Assembly (NCBI GenBank): GCA_013239625.1
Contig: MU053559.1
Coordinates: 1,304,001 to 1,368,000 of the forward strand
Direction of reading: 5' to 3'
From: Lama guanicoe
Lineage: Eukaryota
Length of the DNA stretch: 64,000 nt
Position 1 is the first letter of the stretch. Each line of letters opens with the position of its first letter. Below are positions 1-10,751 of this stretch, piece after piece. The translations under genes were made by a program, and so were the position numbers. The notes beneath the pieces were generated by a model. The model saw only the letters and a list, made by a program, of their open reading frames with translations. It did no database searches and was not told the origin of the DNA.

Positions 1-1332
1 AGGCACATCAGGCACGGAGGCAAGACTTCACAACAGGAGTCCCAGGCACCCACCGGGCTCGTTCCACCAGCCTCCAGGTGCCATTTCATCCTCCCAAGAA
101 CATGCTGGCTGCCCACTATAAGATGGCAGGAGACCAAAAGGCTCAGGGCAGTGAAGGGGCTAACTTGGCACTGAGACAGCTGCCGCCACCCTGGGCTCCT
201 GGCCAACACAGCTTTGGCCCTCACACGGCAACTAGCTCAGCCCTGAGCCCCATCTCTTTTGCACAGCCCGGCCCCTCAATGAGGCGGTTCCCTCCCCAGG
301 GCTCTGGGCTCAAGTTATTCAGAAGTAAAAGGAGCCCTTTCCGAACCTGGGATGGAAGGGCACTTCACCCAACCCTCGGGGCTGCGGTGAGAAGTAAGGA
401 AGGCCTGAGAGCCATGTGACTAGGCCAGGGGTCACCACGAAGGATCCCAGAATCTTCAGGCCCCACCCTCCGAACAGGAATCAGGCAAAGCCAGGCAGTA
501 GCAGCACCTGCCCAACACTAGGTTGCCACCACACCTTTCTTCCACGTATATACTCATGCCAATTTTCTCTTCCTCCTCAAGCCACAAGGAACCAGGATTG
601 CCTGCCCCTGGATGGGTAAGAGTTAGACTCACAACCAGGGGCCCCAGTCGGGAGAGCCAGATTCAAAACCCTCACTAGACTCTGGCCAGAGTCACATACT
701 GGTATCCACAACAGATAGGGACCAAAGTCACAGACTCGAGCCCCGAAAAACTACGGGCCACAGTAAACAAGGGCCATTATCACACACCGGGACCCCCTTC
801 ACAGGATGAGGGTCCGAGCAACAGCTATGAACCCACCCCTCCACCAAAAGAAAAGGCAGTAAGTCTTACAAACGTTCCTTGTACTCCCCCACACACCCAC
901 CTGGTAAGTGGATTAGGGCCAGTCGCTAGAGGACTCTCTATGGATAAGGACCCCTCCCCATGGATAAGGACCAGGGTTAGATACACGCACCCAGGATAGA
1001 GACCCGAGTCCTACAGACGTTCTCCCTCCTCCCCCACCCAAGAATAAGGACCGGAGCCACAGAACACTTCCCCATGGATAGCTAAGTACCAAAGTCACAC
1101 GGAGAGCAGACAGCACATCTCCCATGGATAAAAACCAAAGTCCCAGACACCCGCCCCCCACGGATAAAGTTCGGCGTGGCAGACACAGTAAACCACAGTA
1201 GCCCACTCCCATCCGTTCCTCCCTTCCCCCCCCACCCGCATGCACTTATTCTGTGTCCCAGTCGCGCACGCGCCTCTGCCCTCAAAAGGAGAAAAACAAA
1301 AAAACAACAACAGAAAGACACCCCCTCCCCCC

Positions 1333-1460
1333 NNNNNNNNNNNNNNNNNNNNNNNNNNNNNNNNNNNNNNNNNNNNNNNNNNNNNNNNNNNNNNNNNNNN
1401 NNNNNNNNNNNNNNNNNNNNNNNNNNNNNNNNNNNNNNNNNNNNNNNNNNNNNNNNNNNN
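1333..1460. other. Assembly gap (128 N)
   Basis: Run of N. It probably hides the RBM10 exon 1 donor site. Confidence 0.99.
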
Positions 1461-1720
1461 CCCGGGCTGTAGGGAGGGCTCCCGGACATCACCTCGGCCC
1501 GCCGCCACCTCCTCCAACTCTCCCAGCTCAGCCGGAGCCGGAGCGCGCAACCACTCAGTCCAAGGCCGGAGGCGGAAGGGCGGAGGACTGGGGAGGGGAG
1601 AAGCGCCAGGCGCGCAGCCTTCCCCGATAAACCCACTGCCGCCTACTCCCGGCCGGCCGCGATCACCAGCACAAAATGGCGACGGCGAGCAAGCAGCCGG
1701 CGCTTCGACCACCATCCACC
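1461..1720 (-). other. RBM10: RBM10 first (5'UTR) exon, 3' end lost in the gap; 1-1332 is intron 1
   Basis: Minus strand reads GCCATTTTGTGCTGGTGATCGCGGCC...GCGCTCCGGCTCCGGCTGAGCTGGGAGAGTTGGAGGAGGTGGCGGCGGG, which matches my recollection of the RBM10 5'UTR. Head-to-head position with NDUFB11 matches known mammalian synteny. TSS approximate; no RBM10 coding exon found in the window. Confidence 0.8.
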
Positions 1721-2281
1721 TACTAAGGGAGCGCGCTCTGGCCGGCCCCGTCTATTGGTCGCCGTCCACCGTCGGCCAGCCCTGGCCTGCTCTGATTGGC
1801 AAGTGTATGCCACCTCCCTGCTCCCCATGCGAACGCCTGCAAGTCGGGCGAAGGGGTAGCTATTGGCCAATCCGGGGAGGCCCGCTTTTTAGAAGCTTGG
1901 CTTCCTTCGAAGATGAAAGACCAATGGAAGCTCCGCCCCTTTCGCCAGAAGGCGAGGGAGTTCTCTGTTCGATTGGCTGGGGACTGCATCCACCCAAGTG
2001 TCACCGCTTTCTTCTCATCAAGGAGCTGGGCGGACCTCTCGGTCAGTGGTCAGAGATTCCATACCCTGGCCGAGAGGATAAGAAGGTTGCTCCTGTGAGG
2101 CCATGACAGAGGAAGGAAAGAGGACGCCTCGCGCGTTTGAAAAGAAAATCCCGACTCGGGACCTATTTAGTGCGGCGGGGGCGGAGCGACAATTCTCGCG
2201 CTTGGGCCGACTGCAGCTGCGCAGAGTCACACTTCCGTCCCCGCCCCCCGCCCCCCCCCAGAGGCTGCGGAACGATCTGTC

Positions 2282-2488
2282 ATGGCGGCCGGGGTGTTAG
2301 GTTTGTGCGGTCGCCGCCTTTTGGCAGCGGCAGCAACGCGAGGGCTCCCGGCTGCCCGCGTTCGCTGGGAATCCAGCTCCTCCAGGGCTGTGATCGCCCC
2401 GTCCGCTGTGGCGGGAAAGCGGCCGTCGGAACCGACTTTACGCTGGCAGGAGGACCCAGATCCCGAGGACGAAAATCTGTATGAGAAG
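2282..2488 (+). CDS. NDUFB11: NADH:ubiquinone oxidoreductase subunit B11, coding exon 1 (mitochondrial presequence)
   Basis: [32 protein letters not shown]...[10 protein letters not shown]; 207 nt; donor AAG|GTGAGA at 2488/2489. Confidence 0.98.
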
Positions 2489-2769
2489 GTGAGAGGGAGG
2501 GGAAACGGGACGCCGAAAGGGTCAATCCGGTACCGGCGGACGGGGCGCCGTAGAGGACGTTCTTAGTCGGTTGAGGATTGCGCGGCTGGCGAAATCCTCG
2601 AAGATTTGGGAATTCTGCCTAGACTGTTTTCCACCTTTGCCCCCTGATAACCTTCGGCTCAGGGCCAGAGGCGAGACTGACCTTATTTTGCGGACAGATA
2701 CCAAACTTGAAGTGGGCAGTGCTCAAAACACGTTCAAAGCAATATAGTAAAACAAGAATACTGAATGAT

Positions 2770-3180
2770 GTGGTGCTTGCTCAGTGCCGGTGTTAGAAAC
2801 ACTTTACATACATTAATTCATTTAATCCTCAAAACAACCCTATTTCAAAGTAGGCACTATTAGTATACCCATTCTACAGATGAGGAAACTGAAGCATAAA
2901 GATGTTAAGTGACTTGCTCAAGCTCACATACTGAATGTGTAGCAGAACCAGGTCTGCTGTGCTGTACTGATAGCTGAAACTGAAATGCCTGGGTTGGAAT
3001 ACAGGCACTGACCGTTACTCACATATGTCACCTTGGGCAAGTAACTTAATCTCTCGGTGCCTCATTTTCTTTGTAAGATGGGGAAAGTATTAGGACGCCT
3101 GAAAAATAAAATACTCACGTAGTTATTATGTAAGTCAAAATGCTCAGAACAGCAGGTGGTGCTTAGTAAGTACTCACCAT
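2770..3180. mobile_element. Two MIR SINE fragments in opposite orientation (NDUFB11 intron 1)
   Basis: MIR core cccattctacagatgaggaaactgaagc...gttaagtgacttgctcaag and its reverse ttgggcaagtaacttaatctctcggtgcctcattttc. Confidence 0.75.
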
Positions 3181-3309
3181 TAGAAGGTGTTAATTATTCT
3201 TGCCACTTTCCACCTCGCTGGGATATTGTGCAGCTTGTGAAAAGGGCTGGCACTTACTAGATACTTCATCAATACTAACCTCTGATTGAGGGGCTTGGAG
3301 ATATAGGAT

Positions 3310-3960
3310 GCTTACTCATTTATTCATTCCTTCTTTGTAAATATATACTGAGGGCCTGCTGTGTGCCAGGCAAGGTTCGTGGTGCTAGGGATTTAGCAGT
3401 ATGGAAATCAGATAAAGCCCTTGCTTTCCTAGAGCTTACATGGTAGTGGAGAATACAGAAAATAAACATGTAAAATATTAGGAATCAGTACTACAGAGTA
3501 TGCAATCAATAAGGCAAGATAATGTGATCAGAGGATTTGGGGGATATGCTACTTTGGTAAACTAGTAAGTGCCAGAAAGAAAGTTAAGCGGGATAAGTGG
3601 GTGGAGAGTGACTGGGGGGTAGGGGGTTATTTTATTAGATTGAGCCATAGGAAATTGCCAATATTGAACCATTTTTGACGTATAAAAATGTCAATTTCCT
3701 ATAGTTCCACTTAATAGACAAGGTGACTAGGGAATGCCCCCTAAGGGGAGTGATAATGAAGCCAAAACCTTGAATGAGAAGACAGATCCAGCCACAACTA
3801 GGGTGAAGGGCTTTCCAGGCAGAGGGAACAGAAGTGCAAAGGCCCTGTGGTGGGAAGGAGCTTGACAAGTCCTAAGAATAGAGAGGAATTTCAGGAGGGA
3901 GGGGAGATTGATCCAAGGTGAAACTGGAAACCAGGTAATGCAGGGCCAGCCTAAGGCTTT
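3310..3960. mobile_element. L2 LINE fragments
   Basis: cattcatt...tgtgccaggc...ctagagcttaca and ttccaggcagagggaacag...tgcaaaggccctg are L2 3' hallmarks. Confidence 0.65.
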
Positions 3961-4005
3961 GTCAAGCAGCAGGAAGCCCTCAATGACCTCTTCTCTTTGC
4001 CACAG

Positions 4006-4136
4006 AACCCAGACTTCCACGGTTATGACAAGGACCCCGTTGTGGACCTCTGGAACATGCGGGTCGTCTTCTTCTTCGGCTTCTCCATTGTCTTGGTCCT
4101 TGGCAGCACCTTTTTGGCTTATCTGCCTGACTACAG
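4006..4136 (+). CDS. NDUFB11: NDUFB11 coding exon 2 (transmembrane helix)
   Basis: Acceptor ttctctttgccacag|; [43 protein letters not shown](R); 131 nt; donor CAG|GTGCAT. Confidence 0.98.
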
Positions 4137-4308
4137 GTGCATGGGGTATCCAAGGGAGCGGGGTGGGTAGGGGCAGGGGCAGAGGCAGAGGCAGAGGCGG
4201 AGACTGAAGGAGACTGCCAGGAATCCTGTCCCCATACAGGAATGGGGAGCTAAGATGGGGTTGGTGTCCATTGAGGCTTCCTCACGTCTGCCATGCTGCT
4301 GCCTGCAG

Positions 4309-4435
4309 GATGCGGGACTGGGCCCGCCGGGAAGCTGAGAGGCTTGTAAAATACCGAGAGGCCAACGGCCTCCCCATCATGGAGTCCAACTGCTTCGACC
4401 CCAGCAAGATCCAGCTGTCAGAGGATGAGGACTGA
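4309..4435 (+). CDS. NDUFB11: NDUFB11 coding exon 3
   Basis: Acceptor gcctgcag|; [41 protein letters not shown]. Spliced CDS 207+131+127 = 465 nt = 154 aa plus stop. Confidence 0.98.
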
Positions 4436-4511
4436 CCGGCTGCTGAGAGGAGCTTAAGAAACACCACCTTCTCCACTCCCTGCCTCCAACACTGCCCTCT
4501 CAGAGCACCTA

Positions 4512-4517
4512 ATTAAA
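4512..4517 (+). terminator. NDUFB11: NDUFB11 polyadenylation signal (ATTAAA)
   Basis: ATTAAA 77 nt after the stop, followed by a GT/T-rich downstream element (gtgttgattttgtctttt). Confidence 0.8.
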
Positions 4518-4569
4518 GGGACTGAAAGTGTGACTGGCTGGTGTTGATTTTGTCTTTTCTGGGTATTCT

Positions 4570-4860
4570 GGTTATCCGCCACCCTGTGACAAACAGCCTA
4601 AAACTTAGTGGCTTAAAACGACAATTTAGTATTATCTTTCACGGTCCTGTGGTTGACTTGGTTCAACTAGATGGTCCTTCTCAGGGTCTCAGGTGGTTGC
4701 AGTCAGATGGCGGCTAGGGCTGGAGTCATCTGGAGGCTCACCTGGACTGGACATCCAAGATGGCTCCTTTATTCCCGTATTTGGTACTTGAGTCTTCTAT
4801 GCGGTGTCTCTCTCCAGCAGAATAGCCTGGCCTTTTTAGAGGCTGGCTCAGGACTCCTCT
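4570..4860. mobile_element. MaLR (MLT1-type) LTR fragment
   Basis: aaaacttagtggcttaaaac...atccaagatggctcc, typical MLT1 text. Confidence 0.6.
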
Positions 4861-5179
4861 GGATGGAGGAGTAGGAAGCAATTGATGGCAGCCATCTTCA
4901 GAAAAAAGCTACCACACTGGGACCACCTATGTTGGAAGATGAGCAGGGCGACCAGGGGTTGAAGGTGGTGGGTCAGAGCAGGACTCTTCTATTTCTGAGG
5001 CTGAGTGTTTGCTTCCCTCCCTGCCTTCTTCTCTTGGCTCTGGGGTTTCTGCCTCTGCCTTGTGTCTTGGTGAGTCTGGGTACCTCTCTCTTCCCTTCTG
5101 CCCCAACCTGGGTGGTCTCTTAATTCAAGATGCACATCACTCTGTGTGTGAATGGGTGTCTGTTTCTCTCCCAGGCCCC

Positions 5180-5182
<3 letters not shown>

Positions 5183-5244
<62 letters not shown>
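5183..5244. repeat. (TC)31 microsatellite
   Basis: Perfect dinucleotide run. Confidence 0.97.
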
Positions 5245-5247
<3 letters not shown>

Positions 5248-6407
5248 CTTTGCTGTTTCTTTTTCAAGCAGGAAGTCTCTCCCCACCACCTGCCCTTACC
5301 CCTCCCTGCCACATTCTTTTTCTCTGGGAACAGCCTGTCTCCTTGCATCAGGGGCTCAGTGACCTCAGGCTCTGTCTCTGTCCATCTCTCTGGATCTGGC
5401 AGATGGAGTAGGAGACATACTCTGGCTCTGTCTTTGTTTCTCTCCAGGGAGTCTCTCTTGATCCCTGGTAACTCTGGACATCTGGGCTCCCCTTCACATC
5501 CCAGGCATCTCTGTCCTCTCCCTGGTGGCCCCCTTCCACAGCTCACGCTTTCCCACATCACATGCTCATTGCTACCATCTCTGTGCACGTCCCTGCTTGG
5601 GGCGTCAGAGAGTGCAGGGGCCCCCAGCCACTGGCTACCAGAAGAGCATCTGGCCTGGGGGACCCACCACTGCAGGTGATGTCCCTGTCCCTAGCTACTG
5701 AGTCTCGGGAGGAGCCCTCGTCCACTTGTACATGGTTAAGGTGGGAATGATGTCCATGTGAACCTTTCTGGAAGTGAGCAGTGTCACTCCCTGAGTGCTT
5801 CCTTGTGGGGCCAGTCTCCCAACTCGAGGACAGGCCCCAAAGCCGAGAATACTAATGTGTAAAAGGGAGCACACTCCACCCTCCCGCTGGTGATTCCTGG
5901 GACTGTGGAGTGAAAGGGGCATGTTATCCCAGCCACCAAGCACCTGAGTACACTGGATAATACCCACTATGACAGACGTCAACCTGTTGCAGCCACACCT
6001 ACCATTGGCCCAGAGAACACGTGCCCCCACTGACCCCCACCAGGATGTAAGCTCCATGAGGGCAGGTATTCAGGTACGTCTTCACTTAGAGCAGGGAGTG
6101 GCGCAGGATGTGCTCCAAAAACATGGGTATTGATGCCATCCCCTACGATCAGTTCCCTTCAGACTTACGGCCCTTGAGGATGAGCACTTCCTATGCTCCC
6201 GGCTCCGCCTCCTCATCAAACTCTCAGGCTCTCCAGAAACCTCCATTCTGGTCAAAAAAGAAGTTACACTTAAACCAGTTCCTAAAATCCGCATCCTTGC
6301 CCCCTTTCTTACAGCAACAATACTACCTTCCCTCTCCCTCAATGGGGCCTGGCCACACTGGCCACCTCTTCTTTTCTTAAACAATTGAATTAAAGTGTAT
6401 ATATAGA

Positions 6408-6530
6408 GGGGAGGATATAGCTCAGTTGGTAGAGCGCATACTTAGCATGCACGAGGTCCTGGGTTCAATCCCCAGTACCTCCATTAAGTAAATAAATAAA
6501 TACATCTAATTATCTCCCCTCCTCAAAAAT
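6408..6530 (+). mobile_element. tRNA-Ala-derived SINE (camelid Vic-1 type)
   Basis: GGGGAGGATATAGCTCAGTTGGTAGAGCGCATACTTAGCATGCACGAGGTCCTGGGTTCAATCCCCAGTACCTCC followed by (TAAA)n and a CTAATTA-C-rich tail; A and B boxes present. Confidence 0.9.
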
Positions 6531-6554
6531 ATTTATAAAATAAAATGTATGTAT

Positions 6555-6845
6555 AGATCACAGACATAGAGAACAAACTTATGGTTACAAGGTAGGAAAG
6601 GCGGTGGGAAGGGATAAGTTGGGAGTTTGAGATTTGCAGATACTAACTACTATATATAAAATGGATAAACAACAAGATCCTACTGTATAGCAACAAGGAA
6701 CTGTATTCAATATTTTGTAATAGTCTATAATGAAAAAGAATATGAAAATTAATATATGTATGTATATGTATGACTGAAACATGATGCTGTACACCAGAAA
6801 GACACAATATTGTAAACTGACTATACTTCAATAAAAAAAAAAATA
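6555..6845 (+). mobile_element. 5'-truncated L1 3' end (cetartiodactyl type)
   Basis: cacagacatagagaacaaacttatggttac...ctgtatagcaacaaggaac...tatacttcaataaaaaaaa. Confidence 0.8.
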
Positions 6846-6850
6846 GTAGT

Positions 6851-6975
6851 GGGGAGGGGAGGCTGTAGCTCAGTGGTAGAGTGCATGCCAAGCATGCACT
6901 AGGTCCTGGGTTCAATCCCCAGTGCCTCTATTTAAAAACAAACAAACAAACCAACCTAATTATTCTCCCCCTGAA
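6851..6975 (+). mobile_element. Vic-1-type SINE
   Basis: Same tRNA-like head and tail as the 6408 copy. Confidence 0.88.
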
Positions 6976-7565
6976 ATTTTTTTAAATGGTAAAAAGAAGT
7001 ATGTATAGAAAAGTGTACATAAAGTTTACAAAGCTCATTTACCTTTTGCAGACCAGACACACTCATGTAACCAGCACCCAGGTCGAGAATGAGAACATGA
7101 ACAAATTCCAGAAGCTTCCTTCAGGTCCAGCCCCCACCCCCACCCCAAGGGTACCCACTCTCTGGACCTCTAACAACGTTAGATCTCACGATGTTTGTGA
7201 GATGGATCCAAGTTGTTATGTAACCAGGTGTTTGCCCATCCCCATTGCTGTATTCTCTTCCATCGTTTGAAATAGACTACACTTCATCTATTCCAAGGTG
7301 GATGGGCATTTGGGTAGTTTTCTATTTGGGGCTATTGAGAATAACTCTGTGAACATTCTTGTACACATCTTTTGATGGATATATGCACTCATTTCTCTTG
7401 GGCATATACCTAAGAATGGAATTGCAAGCTCCTGGGGGTAGACGTAGGATCAGCTTTGTAAAGCATGCCAACTCTCCAATCTACACTTCCGCAGTGGTGG
7501 ATGCCACATCCTCACCATCACTGAGCACTCCCATCTTTTTTATTGTAGCCATTCTAGGGAGTGGC
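6975..7565 (-). mobile_element. Old L1M 3' fragment
   Basis: gatgggcatttgggtagtttt...gaacattcttgtaca...atatacctaagaatggaattgc. Confidence 0.65.
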
Positions 7566-7899
7566 TGAACTATTAAGGACCATTTTGGAATGAAGAGTTG
7601 GGAGTTGAGGGCCTACTCTGTGCCAAGCCCGGAAGGTGGGTCAGGACTGACAGATACCAGGATCCTTGTCCTTGAGAACTTCCCAGGGTCAGGGTGGGGG
7701 CCGATGTGGTTGGTCAGAAAACTTAAACTCAATGTTTTCACCTTACTGTTTGGCTCCAAGGATATACGAACCTTGATATTTGGGGCCAATCGTTGCTCCA
7801 GCAACATAACGGATACCAACCTCTTTCATCCTTCAGTCTAACAGAGCACGTGTTATGTGCAAGGCCCCGTCAACAAGGCAGTCATAGTCCCTGGGCAGA

Positions 7900-8390
7900 C
7901 ACTGTCAGTTCCCTGCCCACAGTCCTGAGGCTTTATTTCTCTAGCATATGCTAGCCAACTGCTAATTGCCAGGGTCTGCATCTCTTCGCTGGAGGGCTTC
8001 CTCCCAAGCTGCAGAAGGCTGTTCTGTCCCTGGGCCTGGCAAGCTAGAAGGGCCAGGAAATGTATGCCTCCTGGCAGCAGCCTTCAACCAATGACTGATG
8101 AGAGCTGGGAGATAAGTAAGTACTCCTGCCCCCTCGCTCCTCAGACAGGACATCCCTGACGTATGTGTTCTCCACTGGCCCCCCAGAACTCCTCAGTGGA
8201 GACAAGTCCCAATTGCCCACCATGCTAAGTCACTTAATATCACTCTTCATTGGTTGCCTTCTCTTCTTGGTTTCATGTCCACATGTCCCCACTGCCCTAC
8301 AGGTGCTTCCTGGAATCATGTCCTAGATAAACTACTTGACTTCAGTCCTTGTCTTGGGGTCGACTTCTGGAGGGACCCAAACTAAGAAAG
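7900..8390. mobile_element. ERVL-type LTR (LTR16-like, tentative)
   Basis: gcagccttcaaccaatgactgatg...cttctggagggacccaaactaaga. Confidence 0.5.
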
Positions 8391-9184
8391 ACAGTCTCTG
8401 TCCTTATGGGGTTCACCTCAAGGCCGTGGGTAAGACCAAGGGCAAACAAACATGGAAACCAACAGATGAGATCAATTCTGCCAAAAGGCCAGTGTGGCTG
8501 GAATATTGTGCTTACTAGGATCACTGGAACCTTCCAGGAAAAGAGTGGCTAGAGATGAGATGATAGAAGTGGTCATGGGCCAGATCCGCAGGGCCCCACG
8601 GGCTGTGGTTAGAAGGACTTTAGATTTTACATATTACACAAAGTTGACAAGAAGCTTACTGAAAACTCAGTTTAGCAAAGCCTATCCCAGACACTTCTGG
8701 ACTGTCTCAGGGGATTGCTTACAGTGTTTCTTCTGGATTACCCAGGAAACAAAAACAAAACATCTTACCAGATTCGTGATGACTGTTACTGCGCGACATA
8801 AGCACTGCAGAATCAACTGACAACAGCTAAAACTGTGAACTTTAAAATGTGGTGGGGGAAAACTGATATAAAGATCCAATGCTCTCAGCCAAACACAAAC
8901 CTGCAAGTTTCCATCCTGAAATATTAGGCTTGGTGAAAACTGGCCACAAATAAAGCTCAGAAAAACAGGAGCTATTCATTCAATAAATATTTTTTGAGTG
9001 TCTACTGGGTGCCAGGCACTGTTATAGGCAGTGGGGATATAGCAGAGAACAAAAGATTAAAAACTTCCTGCCCTTGTGGACCTTATATTCTAGCAGAGGG
9101 AGACAGGCAAAAAACAAGGCAATAAGTTACATTATGTTCATATATTGGGAGGTGATAAGTATGCATTAAATTGAAAATAAAGTC

Positions 9185-9545
9185 GGGGGAGGGATAAATT
9201 AGGAATTTGGGATTAATAGATAACACTACTGTATATAAAGTAGATAAAAAACAAGGACCTCCTGTATAGCACAGGGGACTATATTCAACATCTTATGACC
9301 AATAATGGAAAAGAATCTGAAATACAATATATATGTATATGTATGACTGAATCACTTTGCTATACACCTGAAAAATTGTAAATAAACTTACTTCAATAAA
9401 AAATAATAGAGGGAGGGTATAGCTCAGTGGTAGAGCTTGTGCTTAGCATGCACAGGGTCCTGGGTTCAATTCCCAGTAGTCCTAAATAAATGAATGCATG
9501 AACAAATAAATAAACAAATAAATTCTTAACTATCTTCCCCCTCAA
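9185..9545 (+). mobile_element. L1 3' end (9185-9408) with a Vic-1-type SINE (9409-9545) at its poly(A) tail
   Basis: gggataaattaggaatttggg...tacttcaataaaaa, then gagggagggtatagctcagtggtagagc... Confidence 0.85.
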
Positions 9546-10751
9546 AAAATATGAAAAATTTTTAAAATAAATAAAGGCAGCAAGGGGGATTAGAAGTACA
9601 GGATGGGAGAAGATTGTATTTGAATAGGATAGTCAGCGTACGCCTTGTTGAAATGTGATTTTTTTTTTTGAGAAAAAAATGTGAAGAAAGTGAGAGATGA
9701 ACTATAGATGTAAGAACATTTCTGGCAGAGGGAACAACCAGTACAGTCCCTGAAGCAAAAATGTGCCCAAGCTATTCAAGGAGCAGCCTGAGGCCAAAGA
9801 GATATCTGGGGCAAAGCTATGATTACTGAAATATGATACAGATAAGAAAATTGATGTGCAGATCTAATCATCACTGTAAAGATTAACCCGAAAGTGACTT
9901 ATCCCACTGAAAACAATTTCAGAAAAGTGGAAAAGGCCAAAATTGGCTTTGGGTTAACTGTACCACTGTATGGCATTGAGCAAGGAATTATATTGGCTCA
10001 GAATTCACTCTGGGGCAAACTTTCTCAATAGAAATTCATCTGAGTTGGTCTAATTCCGATTTGAAACATTAATATTTGAAGGCAGAGCCAATACATCCCC
10101 AGTCAATAGTATGTGAGTCAGAGGGGTGAGACAGGCAAGGTTGCTTGGAATCAACCATCACTGGAAGGTTTCACTCACTTATCTAGTCATTCATTCATTC
10201 CACAAATATTTGCCAAGTGCCTATTGTGTGGCAGGGGATGCAGCAACAAATAAAACAGGCAAAAATCCCTGCCCTCTTGCAGCTGACTTCTAGTGTAGGA
10301 GACCAATAACAAATGTAAAGAACAAATAACAATTTGGGGTAATAATTCCTGGGTAAATAAGCAAAATGTATACTATAGTGATAAATGTTAAGGAGACAAA
10401 TGAGGCAGGAAAGGGTATAGTGAGTACTTGTGTGTGTAGGTGTAGGTGTGTAAATTTTAGCTAGAATGGCCAGGGAAAAGGTCTCACTGAGATTACATTT
10501 GAGAAAGACCTAAAGGAAGTATATAATTCAAGAGAGAACTTTGAAGCAAGAACCATGATTGCAAGATAGAATGGTTAAGGGCATGGATTCTGGAGCCAGA
10601 CTGCATTGGGTTCAAATCACAGCCCCTCCATACCAAATGTGTGAACTTACCTTCCCATTTTCCAACTCTATCAACTGGGCCTAACAACATTAACTACCTC
10701 CTAAGGATCTTGAGAGGATCAATCTGAGAGTACTTATGACACTGCCTGGCA

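Larger units (their letters stand above)
1461..2620. promoter_or_regulatory. CpG island / bidirectional RBM10-NDUFB11 promoter
   Basis: GC- and CpG-rich. YY1-like CAAAATGGCG at 1672. CCAAT/ATTGG boxes at 1754, 1795, 1862, 1867, 1921 and 1972. ETS/GABP-like ACTTCCG at 2231. GC boxes near 2175 and 2240-2255. Confidence 0.9.

Noticed and set aside
1082..2106. Long ORFs of 184-288 aa over the promoter
   Set aside because: They run through an N gap and GC-rich CpG-island DNA that is poor in stops; no recognisable protein.
4989..5679. ORFs with poly-(RE)/(SL) runs
   Set aside because: Artefacts of the (TC)31 microsatellite.
5695..6384. Minus-strand words VTLLTSRKVHMDIIP and EFD, faintly like a cGAS/Mab-21 nucleotidyltransferase
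   Set aside because: They are not in one continuous frame, are separated by L2-like sequence (about 6030-6125), and lack the other family motifs. Most likely chance.
6408..6482. tRNA-Ala(AGC) gene (and the ten similar copies)
   Set aside because: The copies diverge from each other, carry SINE tails and TSDs, and have imperfect acceptor stems. They are tRNA-derived SINEs.
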